The notes below the pieces were generated by a model. The model saw only the letters and a list, made by a program, of their open reading frames with translations. It was not told the origin of the DNA and made no database searches. Both the position numbers and the translations under genes were made by a program. This document shows positions 59,934-64,000 of a stretch of DNA of 64,000 bases, in pieces. Every line of letters starts with the position of its first letter. Position 1 is the first letter of the stretch. This DNA is from Roseibacillus sp. Lineage in GTDB: Bacteria; Verrucomicrobiota; Verrucomicrobiia; Verrucomicrobiales; Akkermansiaceae. The DNA lies in contig JBPOGI010000001.1 in NCBI GenBank assembly GCA_051251855.1, positions 1,120,001 to 1,184,000 on the forward strand, read 5' to 3'.

Positions 59934-59973
59934 TTCAATTGAACGTAAGTCAGGCCTCCGGCCAACAAGTATG

Positions 59974-60001
59974 AATCCGGTCGTCCTCGACCGGATTTTT
60001 T
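59974..60001 (+). terminator. Rho-independent terminator of hflKC
   Basis: AATCCGGTCG-TCCT-CGACCGGATT then T run. Confidence 0.85.
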
Positions 60002-60047
60002 ATGAGCGGCTATTCGCCTCCCCCCCCAGGCAGCCTAGAGAGCAGCG

Positions 60048-61418
60048 CTACTCCTCGTCGTCCAACCGAATCTGAAGATCCGAGAGAGCATTCATAAAAT
60101 ACAGATAAGCATCGTAAGGAGTCTCGTAAGGACGAAGTCGATCGTGAACTTTGCCAGCCTCCCCTTCAATGGTGCTCATGTAGTAGAAATGCTCCGCGGT
60201 CTGCATCTTCCGCCATTGGTGTAATAGTTCGGGATTGTTCTTCGACTTCACCAAATCTTCGATCACGAGAATCTTACGCCGGGCTTCCTCCTGCATCGCA
60301 TTCCCCTTCCATGCGGAAAGGTCCTTGGCTTCATGAGCCCAAGAGGTCGGTTCGTGGCAATCATACTCTCCCACTACCGGAAACTCCTCAGCAGCTTCCG
60401 AGACAGTCAAAAAGCGGCCTCCCAAGTCTTCCCATGCTCCTGGGAAGGCTTTGAAGAAATCGAAAATGCCCGTATCAACATCCTGATGCTGCCCAATGCT
60501 CTCGTAATCCATGAACAGATTGATCACTGCGCCACCGTTATCGTGGCACCAGCTCGCAAAAGTTTCTGCCATCAGCGGATGCTGCGGCCAAGCGTGGTTA
60601 CCAAATCGGAAAGCGAGATCATCAGTAAGGATTCCATTGCGGAGATGAGCCTTAATGGTTTCGCAGTTGGGCGAACGGTAAAGATAGTTTGCTTCGCGAC
60701 CACCAAGAACACGACCAACAGCCTCACCTAACATAGACTCGAACCCAAGACCTTCAACGTAAGCGGCCAACTCGTTATAATAAACACAGGCGGTGTGGCG
60801 GAAGGCTTTGGGAGTCGCTCCAAAAACCTCTTTCAGTTTCTCCATCTGCTTCTCAACTTGAGCAGCAAATTCCTTCTTGCTGCGGTGAAAACCAAGAGAG
60901 TGATAGTAGGTCTCCGCTACCATCTCAACGCCTCCCGTGGCATGGAGTTTTTGGAAACTTTCTAGAACATCGGGGCGCATCACCTCCAGTTGTTCAAGGA
61001 GCACCCCACTGACCGATAACGAAATCTTAAACTGTCCTCTTCCTTCTTCGATGAGCTGGGTCATCATTTTGTTTGCAGGAAGATAACACTTCTCGCAGGC
61101 CTCATCGAGAAGACGGCGATTGAGTTCGCCGTCCTCATAGAAAGGATCGTTGCCGATATCGAAGAAACTATATTCCTTGAGACGATTTGGCTGGTGGGCC
61201 TCAAAGAAGAAACAAATGGGCTGTAAATCTGGATTTGCTTTCACTGGTGTTTTTCTCTTTGAAGCTGACTGAGACTCTTTCTTTTCTGTAAAAGAGTCTT
61301 TTGATAACGAGGCTGGCTTGGTTGCCACCTTGTCCTTAGATGATGTCGAAACCTCTTCTGAAGAGGAGGAGCCTTGAGCAATGACCTTGCTCAGTCGTTT
61401 AATAAAACTTTTCATCAT
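60048..61418 (-). CDS. Glycoside hydrolase family 57 protein
   Basis: FEAHQP, CYLPAN, ETYYHSL, FMDYE, MQTAEHFYYM. Confidence 0.88.
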   Translation of the reverse strand: MMKSFIKRLSKVIAQGSSSSEEVSTSSKDKVATKPASLSKDSFTEKKESQSASKRKTPVKANPDLQPICFFFEAHQPNRLKEYSFFDIGNDPFYEDGELNRRLLDEACEKCYLPANKMMTQLIEEGRGQFKISLSVSGVLLEQLEVMRPDVLESFQKLHATGGVEMVAETYYHSLGFHRSKKEFAAQVEKQMEKLKEVFGATPKAFRHTACVYYNELAAYVEGLGFESMLGEAVGRVLGGREANYLYRSPNCETIKAHLRNGILTDDLAFRFGNHAWPQHPLMAETFASWCHDNGGAVINLFMDYESIGQHQDVDTGIFDFFKAFPGAWEDLGGRFLTVSEAAEEFPVVGEYDCHEPTSWAHEAKDLSAWKGNAMQEEARRKILVIEDLVKSKNNPELLHQWRKMQTAEHFYYMSTIEGEAGKVHDRLRPYETPYDAYLYFMNALSDLQIRLDDEE

Positions 61419-61422
61419 GGTT

Positions 61423-62775
61423 CTAGTTGTTGATTCCAAGTTGGTCACGATAGAGTTCAATAATACGCTCCGTGGCCGCTTCCCAAGTGCAGTTCTTTTG
61501 ATCCTCTAACGAGTGCTGAATCGCTTCTTCCCTCGCTTTAGGATCTGTCAAAAGCTCGTTAATATGGTCGGCCATCATGTTGACGTCCCAAAAATCAGCG
61601 TGACGTGCATGGGTCATCACTTCCGCAACTCCGGACTGTTTGGAAATTACCGCCGGGATGCCATATTGAGCCGCCTCAATGGCAGAAAGACCAAAAGGCT
61701 CACTCACTGAGGGCATACAATAAACATCCGTCATCGAGAGGAGTTTGTTCACCTTCTCTTTATTAAGGAAGCCCGTGAAATGAAGCCGATCACCCACATC
61801 TTTGAACGCTCCGTATTCGATAAGTTCCTTCATCCTCTCCCCTGTTCCCGCCATCACGAAATAAACTTCAGGATTCTTCTCGATCACCTTCGCCGCAATC
61901 TCGAGGAAGAATTTCGGCCCTTTCTGCCCAGTCAAACGACCGAGAAAGAGGACCAAACCATGCTTGAAGGGACTCTCACTTCGGAACGTATCTACCGGAT
62001 CCGCGCCATTGTGAACGAAGTGAACCTTCGCGGGGTCAATGCCGTAGTGCCCGGTGCAAATGGTTCCTGTATAGCGACTCACCGGAATCACGAGGTCGGC
62101 AGCTTCCATGGCGCTCTTTTCAATATCAAAAATCCATCCCCGAGCATCCGGGCCGCCACGGTCATAGTTGAGAGAATGAACATGAAGCACGAGCGGTTTA
62201 CCGGTGCGCTTCTTAATTTCCATTCCCGCCACAAAGGTCATCCAGTCGTGGGCATGAACAATATCGAAGTCCATATCTTCAGCGAGTGATGCTGCCACCT
62301 GCGCATAGGCCCAAACTCGCTCCCCCACATCTTCCCCATAAAGAGTGTCCTCACGGAACATCGCCAGACGCTCGTCGAGCCCCACAGCCTTGAGTCGGTC
62401 GATGACCTTTTCTCCTGCCAGCGTCTTCTTGGTCTTTTCAACCGTTTCCTTCGAGACCTCATCGCGTCCAACCGCTTTCTCAACCTCTTCCAATTGATAA
62501 GGCAAAAGTCGCGAAGCAACCTCCCCTTCGATCCACTTTACGTTAGCGACATCGGCGAGACTCTTTTCAACGCGGTCTCGATCCACCGAGCGATCATCGA
62601 GATGATTCAGACCAATGAGTTCCAGTTGATCCACTAGAAAAGCCGGGTCCACTTTTGGCAAAATAAAGCTGAGTTCCACCTGCTGTGCCATCGCTCGACC
62701 AAGCCCTAAACAAGCAATGCCAAGACCTCCGTTAATCAATGGGGGGAATTCCCAACCCAACATTAGTACTTTCAT
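61423..62775 (-). CDS. GT4 glycosyltransferase (glycogen synthase-like)
   Basis: MLGWEFPP..GGLG, HAHDW, PSVSEPFGLSAIEA. Confidence 0.92.
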   Translation of the reverse strand: MKVLMLGWEFPPLINGGLGIACLGLGRAMAQQVELSFILPKVDPAFLVDQLELIGLNHLDDRSVDRDRVEKSLADVANVKWIEGEVASRLLPYQLEEVEKAVGRDEVSKETVEKTKKTLAGEKVIDRLKAVGLDERLAMFREDTLYGEDVGERVWAYAQVAASLAEDMDFDIVHAHDWMTFVAGMEIKKRTGKPLVLHVHSLNYDRGGPDARGWIFDIEKSAMEAADLVIPVSRYTGTICTGHYGIDPAKVHFVHNGADPVDTFRSESPFKHGLVLFLGRLTGQKGPKFFLEIAAKVIEKNPEVYFVMAGTGERMKELIEYGAFKDVGDRLHFTGFLNKEKVNKLLSMTDVYCMPSVSEPFGLSAIEAAQYGIPAVISKQSGVAEVMTHARHADFWDVNMMADHINELLTDPKAREEAIQHSLEDQKNCTWEAATERIIELYRDQLGINN

Positions 62776-62941
62776 AGTTCCTTTGCGCTTAGTGCGTCGC
62801 TGCACTGTCGTCGTCCAACGCAGTTTCCGCGCCAGCCGCTTGATCCTATGTCAAAATATTTGCAAACCTTTTTCGAGATTTATTACGTTCGCATGTCTCG
62901 ACACTGGCCTAGCTCATGCTAATGCCTTCTCCAGAAACTGT

Positions 62942-64000
62942 ATGAGCGACAATTACGAAGCAGAGCAGGAAGAGCCCCAAGCCTTCGAAAAGGAGAACTA
63001 CATGGACTCCGCCAAGAAGGAAGAAGCGAGAGATCTCTTTCCTGGCGAGGTGCTTGAAGTTGCCCAGAGTGAAGGTCGCACGATCCTTTCCTGTGACAAC
63101 AAAGTGAAGATGTCGGTCAGTGCTTTCACCGACGAAATTCTTCACTTTAAATTCGCTCCCGATGGTCATCTCGGCGACGGCTTTTCCTATGCAGCCTTGC
63201 CCGAAAATTTCCCGAAAAAAACAGCTCCCGAATTGTCAAAGAAGGATGACTTTTTCCATCTTTCAACCAAGTCTCTCCAAGCCAAAATTTCACAGAAAGG
63301 ACTCCTCTTAACTATTTCCGATTCCGAAGGAAATGTCATGAGTGAGGATGATGAAAAAGGATTCCATTGGGAGCCTAATCAAGCCTTCGGAGGCAACATC
63401 GTGCAATGCTCTCGCCGCATCCAGCCTCGTGAGCATTTCTATGGCTTGGGCGACAAGTCTTGCCACCCCGAAATTCGCGGACGTCGCTTCGAGCTCTGGG
63501 GCTCGGACACCTACGCCTACGGCTCCGAAACAGACCCTCTCTATAAGAATGTCCCCTTCTTCATCGGCATTCACCATGGCCGCGCATACGGTATCTTTTT
63601 TGACAATACCCACCGCTCCTTTTTTGACTTTGGTAAGGAGCGTAAGGACACCTCCACCTTTTGGGCTCAAGGAGGCATGATGGACTACTACTATCTCCAT
63701 GGACCCACCGTCGCGGACGTGGTGCGTAATTTCGCCAAACTCACAGGTGTTCCCGAGCTGCCACCGCTTTGGTCCCTAGGCTTCCACCAATGCAAGTGGT
63801 CTTACAAAACGGAGAAGGAGTTCACCGAACTCGCCAAAGGGTTCCTCGACAACAAGATCCCCTGCGATGCCCTCTATGTCGACATCGACTACATGGACGG
63901 CTTCCGCTGCTTCACATGGAACCTCGAGTCCTTCCCTAAGCCCGGAGAAATGATTCGCGACTTAGAAGAAAAAGGCTTCAAAACCGTCGCCATCATCGAC
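62942..64000 (+). CDS. Glycoside hydrolase family 31 alpha-glucosidase (truncated by window end)
   Basis: Manual translation from ATG 62942: FYGLGDK, DPLYKNVPFF, PPLWSLGFHQCKWSY, IPCDALYVDIDYMDGFRCFTW. Confidence 0.9.
   Translation, partial: MSDNYEAEQEEPQAFEKENYMDSAKKEEARDLFPGEVLEVAQSEGRTILSCDNKVKMSVSAFTDEILHFKFAPDGHLGDGFSYAALPENFPKKTAPELSKKDDFFHLSTKSLQAKISQKGLLLTISDSEGNVMSEDDEKGFHWEPNQAFGGNIVQCSRRIQPREHFYGLGDKSCHPEIRGRRFELWGSDTYAYGSETDPLYKNVPFFIGIHHGRAYGIFFDNTHRSFFDFGKERKDTSTFWAQGGMMDYYYLHGPTVADVVRNFAKLTGVPELPPLWSLGFHQCKWSYKTEKEFTELAKGFLDNKIPCDALYVDIDYMDGFRCFTWNLESFPKPGEMIRDLEEKGFKTVAIID

Noticed and set aside
59974..60001. CCGGTCG-containing hairpin as another SECIS
   Set aside because: GGTC is in the stem, the loop is TCCT, a T tract follows and hflC ends in TAA: an ordinary terminator
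62909..63700. Short ORF-track entries at the right end
   Set aside because: All overlap the GH31 frame that starts at 62942 and runs off the window

Overview
A gene-dense 64-kb bacterial chromosomal segment, most likely from a Verrucomicrobiales (PVC) organism, inferred from the PEP-CTERM protein, the DUF1800/DUF1501 pairs, a sulfatase and Trp-Asp-Pro helical-repeat proteins. It holds mostly housekeeping genes (moeB, sodA, rmuC, purN, maf, hpt, nrdR, pheT, folC, pheS, coaD, polA, hflKC). It also contains a ~13-kb tandem duplication of a promoter + giant DUF1800 + Tat-DUF1501 unit, and an alpha-glucan cluster (GH57, GT4, GH31) at the right end. No rRNA, tRNA, CRISPR array or intact mobile element was seen. 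The main hidden signal is three minus-strand genes with an in-frame UGA at a cysteine-type position, which the ORF track truncates, splits or misses. (1) A 37-aa membrane microprotein MI-U-MVC... (UxxC) between pheS and coaD. (2) A YlbF/RicF-family protein ending GGG-U-GC-stop. (3) A secreted TlpA-like redoxin with a UxxC active site. The first two carry a hairpin 22-26 nt after the UGA with the identical apical motif CC-GGUC-GG, whose GGUC matches the apex of the E. coli fdhF SECIS. Together these point to a selenoproteome including two families I do not recognise as described selenoproteins. The Sec machinery (selA/B/C/D) is not in this window, so this remains an inference. All product calls come from motif recognition, not database searches.
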